Below are positions 30,826 to 40,856 of a stretch of DNA of 64,000 nucleotides, piece after piece. Position 1 is the stretch's first letter, and the number at the start of each line of letters is the position of its first letter. The DNA is taken from assembly GCA_963752805.1 (NCBI GenBank), contig CAVWAA010000008.1:78384-142383 (forward strand), given 5' to 3'. A program made the position numbers and the translations under genes. The notes beneath the pieces are model-generated. The model was not told the DNA's origin. It worked only from the letters and a program-made list of their open reading frames with translations, and did not search any database. This DNA comes from Candidatus Binataceae bacterium. GTDB taxonomy: Bacteria > Desulfobacterota > Binatia > Binatales > Binataceae.

Positions 30826-33599
30826 GTGCCATCGTAGAGCAGGGAAATCTGGGGAGCGCGGCGGGTACATCTGCGCAAGAGACAGGAATCACCGGCTCCG
30901 AGCCTCCGCCACAGCCAGAGAATACCGGCCCGTGGCCAGTGCCAACGGATCAGCATGTGCGTGAGCGGATTCGGCATGATCTTGGCACCACGCTGATAAT
31001 CGAGGCGGCGGCCGGCACCGGTAAGACTACGGCACTGGTTAACCGCATCATCGCGGTGATCGCATCCGGCGCGACCACGCTCGACCGGATCGTTGCAGTG
31101 ACCTTTACCGAAAAGGCGGCCGGCGAACTGAAACTTCGCTTGCGTAGCGAGATTGAGCGAGCCCGCTGCGACAACCCAAGTCTCAATGATGCTGCGCGCG
31201 AGTACCTGACCAGGGGTCTGGAAAAACTCGAAGAAGCCCGCGTTGGCACGATTCATTCCTTTTGTGCCGACCTGTTGCGTGAGCATCCAATTGAGGCGTG
31301 CGTCGATCCGATGTTCGAGATTGCCCCGGATGAGATCGCGGACGACCTGTTTGATCGGGCGTTCGAGCGCTGGTTTCAGGCCGTGCTGGAGAATCCAGGT
31401 GAAGGCGTGCGGCGCGTCCTCCGGCGACGTGAAGTCGCCGACCGCGAGGGTCCGCGGCGGATTTTGCGCGCTGCGGCGGCCGCGCTAAGGGAATGGCGCG
31501 ATTTTGATTGCGTTTGGCAGCGCGAGCATTTCGACCGTGAGCGAGCAATTGACGCATTGGTCGATGAGATTATCGCGCTCGGAAAACTGGCCGAGCGCGC
31601 CGACGCTGACGATTGGTTGCGGCGCTCGCTTGAAACAATCAGCCGGCCGGTTTTCGAAGCAATTCGACTCGAAGTGGTTCAAGTGCGCGATTACGATGTG
31701 CTCGAAGATACTTTGATACGTCTCCTGCGAGGATATCAGCGCTACTGGGCATGGAAAGGCCGCGGCCAGAATTTCGGCCCTGTCGCGCGTGCCGAAGTCT
31801 TCGCACGCCGGAGCACACTCCAGCAAAACCTGATTGAATTTCGCGAACGGGCCGGCGCCAATCTGGCGCCGATGCTGCGCTATGAGATCTGGCCGTTGCT
31901 CAGCGCTTATGGCGAACTCAAGCAGCATGCCGGGCGGCTTGATTTTCTCGACCTACTGCTGAAGGCCCGCGACCTGGTGCGAGACAACCGCGCAGTGCGA
32001 GCCGAATTGCAGCAGCGCTTCACCCATATTTTTATCGACGAATTTCAAGATACCGATCCATTGCAAGCCGAAATCCTGCTGTTGCTGGCCGCTGATGATC
32101 CAGCGGAGGACGATTGGCAGCAGGTAACGCCACGTGCCGGCAAGCTGTTTATCGTGGGTGATCCGAAGCAGTCGATATATCGCTTCCGGCGCGCCGACGT
32201 TGCGCTATATCAGCTTCTCAAGCGGCGTTTGTTGGCACGCGGTGCCGCCCTCGAACAGCTCTCCGTGAGTTTCCGCGCGACTCCCGAGCTCCAGGCGATC
32301 GTGAACGCGGCCTTCGAGCCGCTGATGGCACAGGAGTCGGAGACCCAGCCTGCCTACGAAGCTCTGCATCCATCCCGCTCAGGGTTCGCGAATCAACCCG
32401 CCATCGTCGTTCTTCCTGTTCCGGATCCCTACAATCAAGACGGCCGCATCACCAAAAGGCAGATCGACGATTCGCTTCCGCACGCCATTGGCGCCTTCAT
32501 CGAATGGGTGGTCAACGAGAGCGGTTGGACGGTGACAGAACGAGATGATCCGAAACGCCGAATCCTGATCCGCCCGCGCCACATCTGTGTTCTGTTCAGA
32601 CGATTCAACTCCTACGGCCGTGACGTTACGCGTCCTTACGTGCGTGCGCTCGAAGCGCGTCAGATTGCGCACGTGCTGGTGCGCGGCGGATCGTTCAACC
32701 AGCGGGAGGAAGTCGAAGCAATTCGTAACGCACTGGCCGCCATTGAGCGGCCGGACGACGAGCTGTGCGTCTACGCGACTTTGCGCGGACCGCTGTTCGG
32801 ATTTGCGGATGGAGCACTGCTCAGATTTCGGGAGAGTTGCGGCAGCCTCCATCCGTTTCGACGGCTTGAGGAAGGGCTGCCATTGGAGTTGAAAGAGGTC
32901 GGCAACGCGCTCGAAGTGCTGCGCCGGCTCCATCGCGGGCGCAATCGGCGCCCGATTGCGGAGACCATCTCACGGCTGCTGGCTGTGACGCGCGCGCAGG
33001 CCGCTATTGCGATCTGGCCGACCGGTGAGCAGGCTCTGGCCAATCTGATGCGGCTGATGGACCTGGCGCGGCGTTACGAGAAGAACAGCGGAGCAACCTC
33101 ACTGCGCGGTTTTGTGGACGAACTCGAGGCGAAAGCTGAGTACGAACAGGCAGGCGATGCGCCGGTGGCCGAGGAGGGCACTGAAGGCGTGCGCATCATG
33201 ACGGTGCACAAGGCCAAGGGGCTCGAATTTCCGATCGTCGTGTTGGCCGATCTTACCTGCAACGAAACCCCGCGCGAGGCCCGCCGCTTCGTCAACCCGG
33301 CTCGCAACCTATGCGCCCAGGTGATCGCCGGTTGCGAGCCGCGCGAAGTGCTCGACCATGGAGAGGAGGAGGCGCGGCGTGAGTCCGAGGAAGCGGTGCG
33401 CGTCCTCTATGTGGCATCCACACGAGCGCGCGATCTGTTGGTTGTACCGGCGGTTGGGGACGAGTGCCATGATGGATGGCTCGGGCGTCTGAAGCCAGTC
33501 ATCTATCCCACTCCCGCGCTGGCCCTGACGCCACTGAAGCGCCAACCGGCGGGCTGCCCGAATTTCTCTCGCCACGTGTCGGAAACCGTTCGCCGCTGA
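30822..33599 (+). CDS. addA: ATP-dependent helicase/nuclease subunit AddA (UvrD/Rep-type helicase part)
   Basis: Walker A AAAGTGKTTAL, UvrD motifs VTFTEKAAGEL, HIFIDEFQDTDPLQ, FIVGDPKQSIYRFRRAD, VHKAKGLEFPIVVL. Ends prematurely at 33599. The nuclease domain follows in other frames. Confidence 0.8.
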   Translation: MSAIVEQGNLGSAAGTSAQETGITGSEPPPQPENTGPWPVPTDQHVRERIRHDLGTTLIIEAAAGTGKTTALVNRIIAVIASGATTLDRIVAVTFTEKAAGELKLRLRSEIERARCDNPSLNDAAREYLTRGLEKLEEARVGTIHSFCADLLREHPIEACVDPMFEIAPDEIADDLFDRAFERWFQAVLENPGEGVRRVLRRREVADREGPRRILRAAAAALREWRDFDCVWQREHFDRERAIDALVDEIIALGKLAERADADDWLRRSLETISRPVFEAIRLEVVQVRDYDVLEDTLIRLLRGYQRYWAWKGRGQNFGPVARAEVFARRSTLQQNLIEFRERAGANLAPMLRYEIWPLLSAYGELKQHAGRLDFLDLLLKARDLVRDNRAVRAELQQRFTHIFIDEFQDTDPLQAEILLLLAADDPAEDDWQQVTPRAGKLFIVGDPKQSIYRFRRADVALYQLLKRRLLARGAALEQLSVSFRATPELQAIVNAAFEPLMAQESETQPAYEALHPSRSGFANQPAIVVLPVPDPYNQDGRITKRQIDDSLPHAIGAFIEWVVNESGWTVTERDDPKRRILIRPRHICVLFRRFNSYGRDVTRPYVRALEARQIAHVLVRGGSFNQREEVEAIRNALAAIERPDDELCVYATLRGPLFGFADGALLRFRESCGSLHPFRRLEEGLPLELKEVGNALEVLRRLHRGRNRRPIAETISRLLAVTRAQAAIAIWPTGEQALANLMRLMDLARRYEKNSGATSLRGFVDELEAKAEYEQAGDAPVAEEGTEGVRIMTVHKAKGLEFPIVVLADLTCNETPREARRFVNPARNLCAQVIAGCEPREVLDHGEEEARRESEEAVRVLYVASTRARDLLVVPAVGDECHDGWLGRLKPVIYPTPALALTPLKRQPAGCPNFSRHVSETVRR

Positions 33600-33648
33600 T
33601 CTCCGGGACCGGGGTCGGCGTGCTCCAGGAGCGCATCGTCCTGAGGCC

Positions 33649-34385
33649 GGTGAGCATTGCGTGGTGTGGTGGGATCCTGCGGCGCTCAAGCTGAATGCTC
33701 GCGAGTCGATGGGGCTCAGGCAGATGAAGCTGCTGGAAGCAGACGCATCGGCTCAGCGGTCGGAGGCCGGCAAGCGCGATTACCAGCAATGGCGGGCCGC
33801 TCACGACGCGACGGTTAACGCCGGTCAAGCGCCCAGCGTCAAGCTCGCAATAGCGACTGAATTGGCATCGTCAGCGCAGCCGCCTGAACTGCCCGAAGCC
33901 GCAGAAGTGCGGATTGTCGAGCTCCCGCGGGCCGCTCACCGTCCCCATGGAGTCCGCTTTGGCACGCTGGTGCACGCGACGCTGTCGCGCGTCACGCTCG
34001 ACGCGGGAGCACAGAAGTCGCGGCGACCGTCGATTTTTTTGCGCGAACGCTTGGCGCTAGCAACGACGAAGTTGCGGCGGCAACCGAAGTGGTCAGCGGC
34101 GCGCTGGCTTCTAAGGTGGTGGAGGCTGCGCGCAAGGCGGCGCAAGTGCGGCGTGAAGCGACCTTGGCGGTGGTGTTGGACGATGGCACGCTGGCCGAGG
34201 GCGTTGCCGACCTCGCATTCACCGAACAGAGCGGAGCTGCTCTGCAGTGGGTCGTAGTTGATTTCAAGACCGACGTCGAAATTGCCGGCCGACTGGTCGA
34301 ATATCGCACCCAACTCGGCCTGTATCTGCGTGCAATTCGGCGAGCGACGGGATCTCCGGCCCGCGCGATTCTATTGTGGATCTAG
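33649..34385 (+). pseudogene. addA: AddA C-terminal RecB-like PD-(D/E)XK nuclease domain, present in shifted reading frames
   Basis: Frame +1 ORF 33661-34257 contains GVRFGTLVHATLSRV (nuclease motif I-like). Frame 0 ORF 34089-34385 contains EGVADLAF...WVVVDFKTD...YRTQLGLY (motifs II/III and QxxxY). At least two frameshifts relative to the helicase part. Confidence 0.6.
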
Positions 34386-34478
34386 CTCGCGACGACAGTT
34401 CTGCCGCGCAAACAAATTGCTTCACTTTGAGTACAACAAGACGCCACTGTCGATCCTGCTGATGTCCGGAGATATGAT

Positions 34479-35432
34479 TTGAAACAGCGAAAAGTGACAG
34501 CGGCTCGCCGAGAGGCGAGTCTGACATCGTGGAGGTGGAGATTGTCGTCTGATGTGAACCGGACACTGCTGGTAATCGGCTACGGTTCTTTGCTGAGTGG
34601 CTACGGAATGCTGGCCCATCGCCGCGGCGGTGGCAGCAAACTGGTAGCGCGTGATGCCTTTCCGGTGATGCTGCACAACGCACACCGCGGACTGGCGAAG
34701 CCGTCCAGCCATGGTAGTTATCTGGCGATGGACCTTGAGCCGACGGAGCCGAACCTGCCAATCGTGGCCGACGCGGCGGGCGAGGACGCGGATGGAATAG
34801 GGGCGCTGGGGCTCGTTTTCGATCGGCAATGGGCCGAGCGGCTGGCGCGGCGCGAAGAATACGACCCGGCGAAATTCCTCGAGTTACTCGATTTCGCTGA
34901 TCGGGCCCGCAAACCCTTGGGAGAGTTTTTGCTGCAGATCGCCGAACGCACTCACTTCAACCTGCTTGCCTATCGGTGTGCGCTGCGCGAAATGCTTAAC
35001 TACACGTCACACGGCTACATCTTCCATCCCGTGCCGTTTCGCGACGGACGTGTGGCGATTGCCGCAATTGGTTCAGGCTTCGAGGGCAGTGGTGATCCTG
35101 CCGTGCGCTCCAAGCGCAACGAGTTCGGGATGGATCGGCTTCTGGGTTTAGCTGAAGCGTTGAAGATTACCTCGCTCACCCTCGACTATGATGGTCAGGT
35201 TGGCTATTTCGTCGAATGCGTGCTGGGTGGACTTCATGGACTTGGAGTTGGCGACCTGGTGGCAGGACTGTCACTCCCGAGCGGCTCTGGGTCTGATTTT
35301 GCGCGGCGGATGGGCGCTGCCGTCCCGCTCGAACGCGCACTCTTTTTGCAAGCCACTTCGCTTGACGAAACCGGCTATCGCAAAAGCTTTACGGGCGTTC
35401 CAGTGCGAACGTTGCAGGCGCTGTTCGGATAG
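34479..35432 (+). CDS. Hypothetical protein, possibly gamma-glutamylcyclotransferase/ChaC-like
   Basis: 317-aa ORF. N-terminal LLVIGYGSLLSGYGM resembles the GGCT/ChaC fold signature (YGSL). The rest is unassigned. Confidence 0.4.
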   Translation: MKQRKVTAARREASLTSWRWRLSSDVNRTLLVIGYGSLLSGYGMLAHRRGGGSKLVARDAFPVMLHNAHRGLAKPSSHGSYLAMDLEPTEPNLPIVADAAGEDADGIGALGLVFDRQWAERLARREEYDPAKFLELLDFADRARKPLGEFLLQIAERTHFNLLAYRCALREMLNYTSHGYIFHPVPFRDGRVAIAAIGSGFEGSGDPAVRSKRNEFGMDRLLGLAEALKITSLTLDYDGQVGYFVECVLGGLHGLGVGDLVAGLSLPSGSGSDFARRMGAAVPLERALFLQATSLDETGYRKSFTGVPVRTLQALFG

Positions 35433-35467
35433 AAGCGAGGAGAAGGAATAAACCTTGGAGAACAGTA

Positions 35468-35962
35468 GTGGCGGATTTTTCCATTCACGTGGCGAAGGAG
35501 AATCTGAAGTTCTCAGCCGCTCATTTTATCGCCTATCCCGGCTTTCGTGAGCCGCTGCATGGCCACAACTATCAAGTCGGCATCAAGGTCGAAGGCCGCC
35601 TTGCGAGCACTGGCTACGTGCTCGATTTTGGACTAATTAAAAAACTCACCCGGCAGATCGTCGAGCGCCTCGACGAACACACCATTATCCCCTCGCAGAG
35701 CGACTGCCTCGAGATTCGCCAACAGGACGGTCAGGTGACCGTCGCCTACGAGGGCGACCGTTTCGTCTTTCCCGCTTCCGATGTTGCGCTGCTCCCGATT
35801 ATTCACAGTTCGGCGGAAGAGCTGGCGCGTTTTATCTGGACCGAATTGCATCGCGAGCTGACCCAGCGCAGCGCGCTGGGCGACGTCAGCGCGATGGAAG
35901 TGTCGGTAGCCGAAGGACCAGGCCAAGCCGCGATTTATAGGCAGGAATTATTTCGGAAGTAG
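35468..35962 (+). CDS. 6-pyruvoyl-tetrahydropterin synthase family protein (PTPS / QueD-like)
   Basis: FSAAHFIAYPGF...EPLHGHNYQVGIKVEG zinc-binding His motif typical of PTPS/QueD. Confidence 0.8.
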   Translation: MADFSIHVAKENLKFSAAHFIAYPGFREPLHGHNYQVGIKVEGRLASTGYVLDFGLIKKLTRQIVERLDEHTIIPSQSDCLEIRQQDGQVTVAYEGDRFVFPASDVALLPIIHSSAEELARFIWTELHRELTQRSALGDVSAMEVSVAEGPGQAAIYRQELFRK

Positions 35963-36150
35963 GTAGTTTTCCTATTCCGACTAGTATAGCGGCCTATATT
36001 CCTCTCTAGTGCGACAGAATAGGATTTATTCGTACAAGGCGAGCTTTAACGGAGCTAGTAGAGCCGTACGACTAGACTCGTTTGCCCGCGATTCGAAATA
36101 GATGTGACAATCCTAGCGCTGCAGGAGCACTGGTGGAAACAGAGGGGAAT

Positions 36151-37179
36151 ATGGCAGTGGCATCTCAGCTCAGCACCGCGGACGCGGCTTGGCGTTCGGC
36201 ACCGGAGCACACTCTAATTGGCAGTCATCCGACGATCGCCAAACTGCGTGCGCTGATGGAACGGGTCGCCCCGACGGATACCACCGTCTTGCTTACCGGC
36301 GAAAGCGGCAGTGGCAAGGAGATTGTCGCAAGGGAGATTCACGCACTCTCGCGCCGCTCGATGCGCAACTTCGTCCCGGTCAATTGCGCCGCGATTCCGA
36401 ATGAATTGATGGAGTCCGAGATGTTTGGCCATCAACGCGGCGCCTTTACCGGGGCCGCATTGCCCCGCCATGGGCTGTTCAGCCTGGCCGATCGCGGCAC
36501 GATTTTTCTCGACGAAATCAGTGAAATGCCTCTGCAACTTCAGGCCAAGCTACTGCGCGTGCTGGAGGACGGCTTGGTGCGCGCGGTCGGGTCGGATCGG
36601 GCGATCCGTGTCGACGTGCGCATAATCGCGGCCACTAATACCGACTTGGTGACGGCAGTCAAGAAGGGCAGGTTTCGCGAGGATTTGTTCTACCGTTTAC
36701 AAGTCGTGCCGGTGGTGGTTCCGCCGTTGCGTGAACGCCGATCCGATATCCCGATGCTGGTCGATTTTTTCCTGGAGCGAAACCGCGATCGTTTTGATGG
36801 GCAATGGAGCATCACGCGTGAAGCGATGGTTCATTTGTGGTCCTATGACTGGCCCGGCAATGTGCGCGAACTGGAAAATCTCATCGAACGGCTGATCATC
36901 CTGAGCGACGGCCCGATGATCGACGTCTCGCTGCTGCCGGAAAACCTGAGGAAGGGGCACTGCGGCCTCGCCGAGGCCCAAATGACGGCTGAAATCGGCG
37001 AAGGCGGCGTCAACCTGAATGCATTGGTTCGTGAACTTGAAGGACGAATGATTAACGAAGCTTTAAAGCTGGCGGCCGGCAACAAGCAAGCGGCCGCACG
37101 GTTGTTGGGACTCAAACGTACGACCTTTTCGGCCAAATTACGCCGATGCGGGGTAATCGCGTCCGACACCAGCGACTAA
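36151..37179 (+). CDS. Sigma-54-dependent transcriptional activator (AAA+ domain plus C-terminal Fis-type HTH; no receiver domain)
   Basis: Walker A GESGSGKE, GAFTGA motif (FGHQRGAFTGA), ESELFGH-like, arginine finger region. C-terminal NKQAAARLLGLKRTTFSAKLRR HTH. ATG at 36151, alternative upstream TTG at 36082. Confidence 0.85.
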   Translation: MAVASQLSTADAAWRSAPEHTLIGSHPTIAKLRALMERVAPTDTTVLLTGESGSGKEIVAREIHALSRRSMRNFVPVNCAAIPNELMESEMFGHQRGAFTGAALPRHGLFSLADRGTIFLDEISEMPLQLQAKLLRVLEDGLVRAVGSDRAIRVDVRIIAATNTDLVTAVKKGRFREDLFYRLQVVPVVVPPLRERRSDIPMLVDFFLERNRDRFDGQWSITREAMVHLWSYDWPGNVRELENLIERLIILSDGPMIDVSLLPENLRKGHCGLAEAQMTAEIGEGGVNLNALVRELEGRMINEALKLAAGNKQAAARLLGLKRTTFSAKLRRCGVIASDTSD

Positions 37180-37190
37180 GCCTGACTTCT

Positions 37191-37649
37191 ATGAAGCAGG
37201 ATGAGCATTGCCCTGAGATTATGGTCGTTGATGATGACCCGGACGCTTTGTCGATTCTCGTACGCTACATCAAGCGCGAAGGCTTCGCCGCCGTGGAAGC
37301 ATGCTCTGGTGCCCAATGCCTGCTCCTCGCCAGACAACATCCGCCCGATGTAATCCTGCTGGACCTGATGATGCCCGAAATGGACGGGTTCGCTGTTTGC
37401 CGCGCGCTGAAGGCGGACTCGGCTACAGCCGAAATCCCGGTAATCATGCTGACGGCGCGCGATGATGTCGAAGCTCGTGCTGAAGGGATGGAACTCGGGG
37501 TCAGCGACTTTATCGCCAAGCCGATAGTGCGGCGGGAACTGGCGGAGCGGATTAACGCGCAACTCGATATGCTCGCCGCCGGTCGCGCCAACTTCGCCAC
37601 GCTCGACCAACTGAACCGTAGCAAGCTCAGCGGCAGCAAGAAACTATAG
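37191..37649 (+). CDS. Stand-alone response-regulator receiver (CheY-like) protein
   Basis: IMVVDDDPDALSIL..., phospho-acceptor region DVILLDLMMPEMDG, conserved VIMLTARDD (T/K switch residues). Starts 12 nt after the sigma-54 activator stop. Confidence 0.8.
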   Translation: MKQDEHCPEIMVVDDDPDALSILVRYIKREGFAAVEACSGAQCLLLARQHPPDVILLDLMMPEMDGFAVCRALKADSATAEIPVIMLTARDDVEARAEGMELGVSDFIAKPIVRRELAERINAQLDMLAAGRANFATLDQLNRSKLSGSKKL

Positions 37650-37740
37650 CCCACCGCCACGAGGGGCTTTTTGCGGCGAGCTTGAGCCGAATCTCGTCGT
37701 TCAGCGGCGCTATCAGCGCAGCGCGACCTGGATTGCGGTA

Positions 37741-37926
37741 TCAGTCCTTGATTTGGAGCGCACCGGATGGACATGCGGCGACAGCCGCGCGTACTTTGTC
37801 GTCGTCAGCGGCGCTCGGGTCGATAACGAATTTGCCGCTTTCGACCTTGAACACCTGCGGCAGCGTCTTCACGCAATTGCCGGAATGGATGCAAACGTTT
37901 TTGTCCCAGGTCACCTGAACTGCCAT
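37741..37926 (-). CDS. Small ferredoxin-like protein (divergent single-cluster Fe-S domain)
   Basis: 61-aa ORF MAVQVTWDKNVCIHSGNCVKTLPQVFKVESGKFVIDP...AVAACPSGALQIKD. The C-x5-C...C-P pattern resembles 3Fe-4S/divergent 4Fe-4S mini-ferredoxins. Confidence 0.55.
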   Translation of the reverse strand: MAVQVTWDKNVCIHSGNCVKTLPQVFKVESGKFVIDPSAADDDKVRAAVAACPSGALQIKD

Positions 37927-38134
37927 CGCTCGCTACTCCAGTCACCTTAATTTTTTCATCCGAGTCTCCACTTTTTGTCGTGCACGAGGCGCATGCTAGC
38001 CGTTGCGCTTCGCTGCGGCTATTTGTGGCACGGCGCACGATGATTCTCAACCGCCCGCCTCCTGAGTAGAGAAGCGGACGGACCTGGGTTGACTATGCCA
38101 GAGTCTTGAGCTTAGCCTTTATCCTCTCGCGGGT

Positions 38135-38210
38135 GGGGCTGTAGCTCAGTTGGGAGAGCGCCTGAATGGCATTCAGGAGGTTGACGGTTCGATCCCGTTC
38201 AGCTCCACCA
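38135..38210 (+). tRNA. tRNA-Ala (anticodon GGC)
   Basis: 76-nt cloverleaf GGGGCUGUAGCUCAGUUGGGAGAGCGCCUGAAUGGCAUUCAGGAGGUUGACGGUUCGAUCCCGUUCAGCUCCACCA. G3:U70 Ala identity pair, anticodon loop AUGGCAU, encoded CCA end. Confidence 0.9.
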
Positions 38211-38297
38211 ATAAAATCAAGGACTTTTTGCTTGTCAGAGATAAGCCGAGCGGCATCAGGACATCGCGTGCGGTTGAGCTGATTAGGAGCGTTTGAA

Positions 38298-38681
38298 ATG
38301 ACGAGCGAGCATAGTAGACAAGCCCTTCGTCCCAGTGCGGGCGGAATGATGACCGTCAAATTTGCTGACGAAATTGCGCGTCTCAAGAGCACGGACGAAT
38401 GGAAGTCTGCGGATCGTCACGCCTTAAGTCTCGTAAAGGATGATGCTCTGAATGTGCTGCTGATGGTGCTCAAAAAAGGCGCCCGGTTCAGCAAGGTCGA
38501 GCGAATCTTGCCAAAGCCCCCTGATCCAGATGACGCTCCCATCGTTCTCTGCGCTCCTCCGCGGTTTCAAAACTCAGGCTCTAAGGTCGGGAGCCATGTC
38601 AAAAGGGCTCCAGCATCGGTCCCGAAAATTCATCACCACGGAGGTTTCAAATCCTTTGCGTGCACCGCTTTTGGTAGGTAA
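38298..38681 (+). CDS. Hypothetical protein downstream of tRNA-Ala (N-terminal part cupin-like; possibly frame-disrupted)
   Basis: 127-aa ORF. The first ~70 aa have good coding character (VKFADEIARLKSTDEWKSADRHALSLVKDDALNVLLMVLKKGARF). The remainder is low-complexity, and overlapping ORFs in the other two frames suggest frameshifts. Confidence 0.3.
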   Translation: MTSEHSRQALRPSAGGMMTVKFADEIARLKSTDEWKSADRHALSLVKDDALNVLLMVLKKGARFSKVERILPKPPDPDDAPIVLCAPPRFQNSGSKVGSHVKRAPASVPKIHHHGGFKSFACTAFGR

Positions 38682-39275
38682 AAGTACTTTCGCATGCGGC
38701 GAGAGCGAGCGGAAGGCCTCAACCTCCAAAGCGCGAAGCTCCTCGTGGCCTCCCGGCAAGCGCCGGCTGCGGGAACTCGTTAAGGACGCCATCGTAGACG
38801 CCTACAACGACTCGGAGCAGCGTACCGGATTGTTCACTATGATCAGGAGCACCTCACGCTTCCGTTCGAAACGAAGATTTTGGGTGTGACAGTCAGCGTC
38901 GAGCGGGTCGACCTTACGCTTGCCGAGGAGATCGTGGTAATTTGCCGCCGCGGCGGCAAGCGTCAATCAATTCCGATTCTCGACTTGCCGCTCCCCAATG
39001 CGCGGCCCGACGGCGCGGAATAGATTGAGGCATACCGCTACTGGGTGCGCGGCGCCTAAAGCACTGTGCGGTCAAAGTGCGAGGCTTATTTTCAGAGCCT
39101 GGCTGACCTTCGCCATGGTGGCAGGCCTCAGTTGGCCCGCAGCTCGCGCCGGGCGCTTCTCATCAACCGACCGAATCTGTTGCACTGCACCACACTATCC
39201 CTGGTCAATCCGCCTTCGCCTTTTCGCAATGGAGATATCAACCGGATAATGCTTTAGGAACGTTCTCGGCACCCC

Positions 39276-39587
39276 TTATCGCGGCCACGATAAGGATCGG
39301 AGAGAATCGGTTGCCGATATCGTTTTGGACAACGACGCAGGGACGCGCGTCTTGTTGGCTTTGCTGCCGACAACCGGCTCAAGGTTGACTTCGACCACAG
39401 CTCTTTTTACGCATTTGCCACGCGTCGGCTTTGGCAGTTCTGAACCAACGTACGAAAAGGCTTCCGCGGTCTCTTGAACTTGGGAGGCGTTGGCTACATA
39501 ACGTTCCGCCAATTTCTGCTCAAGTTCTTCCTTGCGCCATTTGTCCAAATACCCGCACCGCAGAGCAATCACAGTGATCCGATTCAT
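39276..39587 (-). CDS. Hypothetical protein
   Basis: 103-aa ORF MNRITVIALRCGYLDKWRKEELEQKLAERYVANASQVQETAEAFSYVG... downstream of the LigD-Pol gene on the same strand. No family recognised. Confidence 0.35.
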   Translation of the reverse strand: MNRITVIALRCGYLDKWRKEELEQKLAERYVANASQVQETAEAFSYVGSELPKPTRGKCVKRAVVEVNLEPVVGSKANKTRVPASLSKTISATDSLRSLSWPR

Positions 39588-39734
39588 GAGAGTTCGTCAG
39601 TTGCTCTCTCGGTTTCGGTGTACAAAGCTGGCGGAAATTCAACGATAACCTTGCGTCTGGACCGCGTGGCGACGATTTTCTTGCGTTTCTTTCTCGATCG
39701 CTGGGCTTTCATATGCGCCTGTGCGATCACGCGG

Positions 39735-40736
39735 CTAATGTTCGCTGCGGGTGACATCGCCAGCTCCGCCCAGCCGCTGCATCGCGATTGTCAACGGGCG
39801 TTCGCTGTCGCAATATTCCTCCCACGCTGTGGTGCCTGACATGAGGCCCGGAGCTGTTCGCAGTGTGAAGCGCTGCGGGTCGAGTCCCCTACGTACGTGC
39901 TGCCATGACAACGGCATCGATACCGGTGCTCCCGCGCGCATCCGCGGCGACAGTGGCGCGACCGCCGATGCGAACAGATCGTTACGCAGGTAATCGAGGT
40001 AGATGCGGCCGCTTCTTTCCTTCTTTGCCATCTTGATCAGGTAACGGCTGGGATTGTCCGCGGCCATTCGCGCGCAAAGCTTGCGTGCAAAGGCTTTGGC
40101 TTGCGGCCATGTCACTTCGCCGTTCTTCTCTATTGCCAGCGGCGTCACCACGTGCAGGCCTTTGCCCCCGGTGGTCTTGCAGAAACTGAGCAGGCCGAGT
40201 TCGTTCAAGCGATCGCGAATTTCTCGCGCAGCCTCAATTACCACAGTGAACTCGACTTCGGGAGCAGGATCGAGGTCGAATATCAGCCGCCCCGGCACTT
40301 CAGGCTGGCCGGGCTGGCAGTTCCAGGGATGAAGCTCCAACGCCGCGATTTGAGCCATCGCCACCAGACCCTCCACGCGATCAATCTGCAGATAGGGTTC
40401 GCTGACACCTCCGACCTTCGCCATTTCCAGGAGCTTCGCCGAGCTCCCTCTCATCGGATGGCGCTGAAAGAAATGTTCACCGCCTATGCCGTCGGGCGCT
40501 CGAATGATTGAACATGGCCGGCCTTTCAAATATCGCATCATTCGTGGGCCGACCGATTCGTAGTAACGCGCCAGCTCCAGCTTCGTAATCGGATTGCCAT
40601 CGCCGCCGTCGGGCCAAAACATTTTATCTGGTCTGGAAAGTTCCACCCCCATCACGGTTGTGTTGGCAGCGCTCGCCTTGGATGATCGGCGGGCGTGGGT
40701 TCTGAGCCTGTTTTTTGGGGCGGCCGGCGGCACCAT
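39735..40736 (-). CDS. Non-homologous end-joining DNA polymerase/primase domain protein (LigD PolDom-like, stand-alone)
   Basis: AEP-primase motifs IFDLDP (motif I) and [10 protein letters not shown] (motif II), N-terminal [13 protein letters not shown] resembling the LigD-Pol start. No ligase or nuclease domain attached. The start may be the internal Met at 40655. Confidence 0.8.
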   Translation of the reverse strand: MVPPAAPKNRLRTHARRSSKASAANTTVMGVELSRPDKMFWPDGGDGNPITKLELARYYESVGPRMMRYLKGRPCSIIRAPDGIGGEHFFQRHPMRGSSAKLLEMAKVGGVSEPYLQIDRVEGLVAMAQIAALELHPWNCQPGQPEVPGRLIFDLDPAPEVEFTVVIEAAREIRDRLNELGLLSFCKTTGGKGLHVVTPLAIEKNGEVTWPQAKAFARKLCARMAADNPSRYLIKMAKKERSGRIYLDYLRNDLFASAVAPLSPRMRAGAPVSMPLSWQHVRRGLDPQRFTLRTAPGLMSGTTAWEEYCDSERPLTIAMQRLGGAGDVTRSEH

Positions 40737-40856
40737 TCCTCAAGAGTAATCCCGACTAACCGATTAGCTGAGCTACCGTACGAGTATAGCTCACTTGCCC
40801 GCGCGACGCGGGATTTTTTGCCCTGCGAGCGAGGCTCGGCGAGCAAAAAGCACGGC

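Noticed and set aside
33476-33694. 72-aa plus-strand ORF at the addA frame junction
   Set aside because: Probably a transitional frame fragment of the disrupted addA 3' region rather than an independent gene.
38021-38040. TGGCAC motif considered as a sigma-54 -24 element upstream of tRNA-Ala
   Set aside because: No TTGC -12 element at the required spacing (the sequence is tggcacggcgcacgat).
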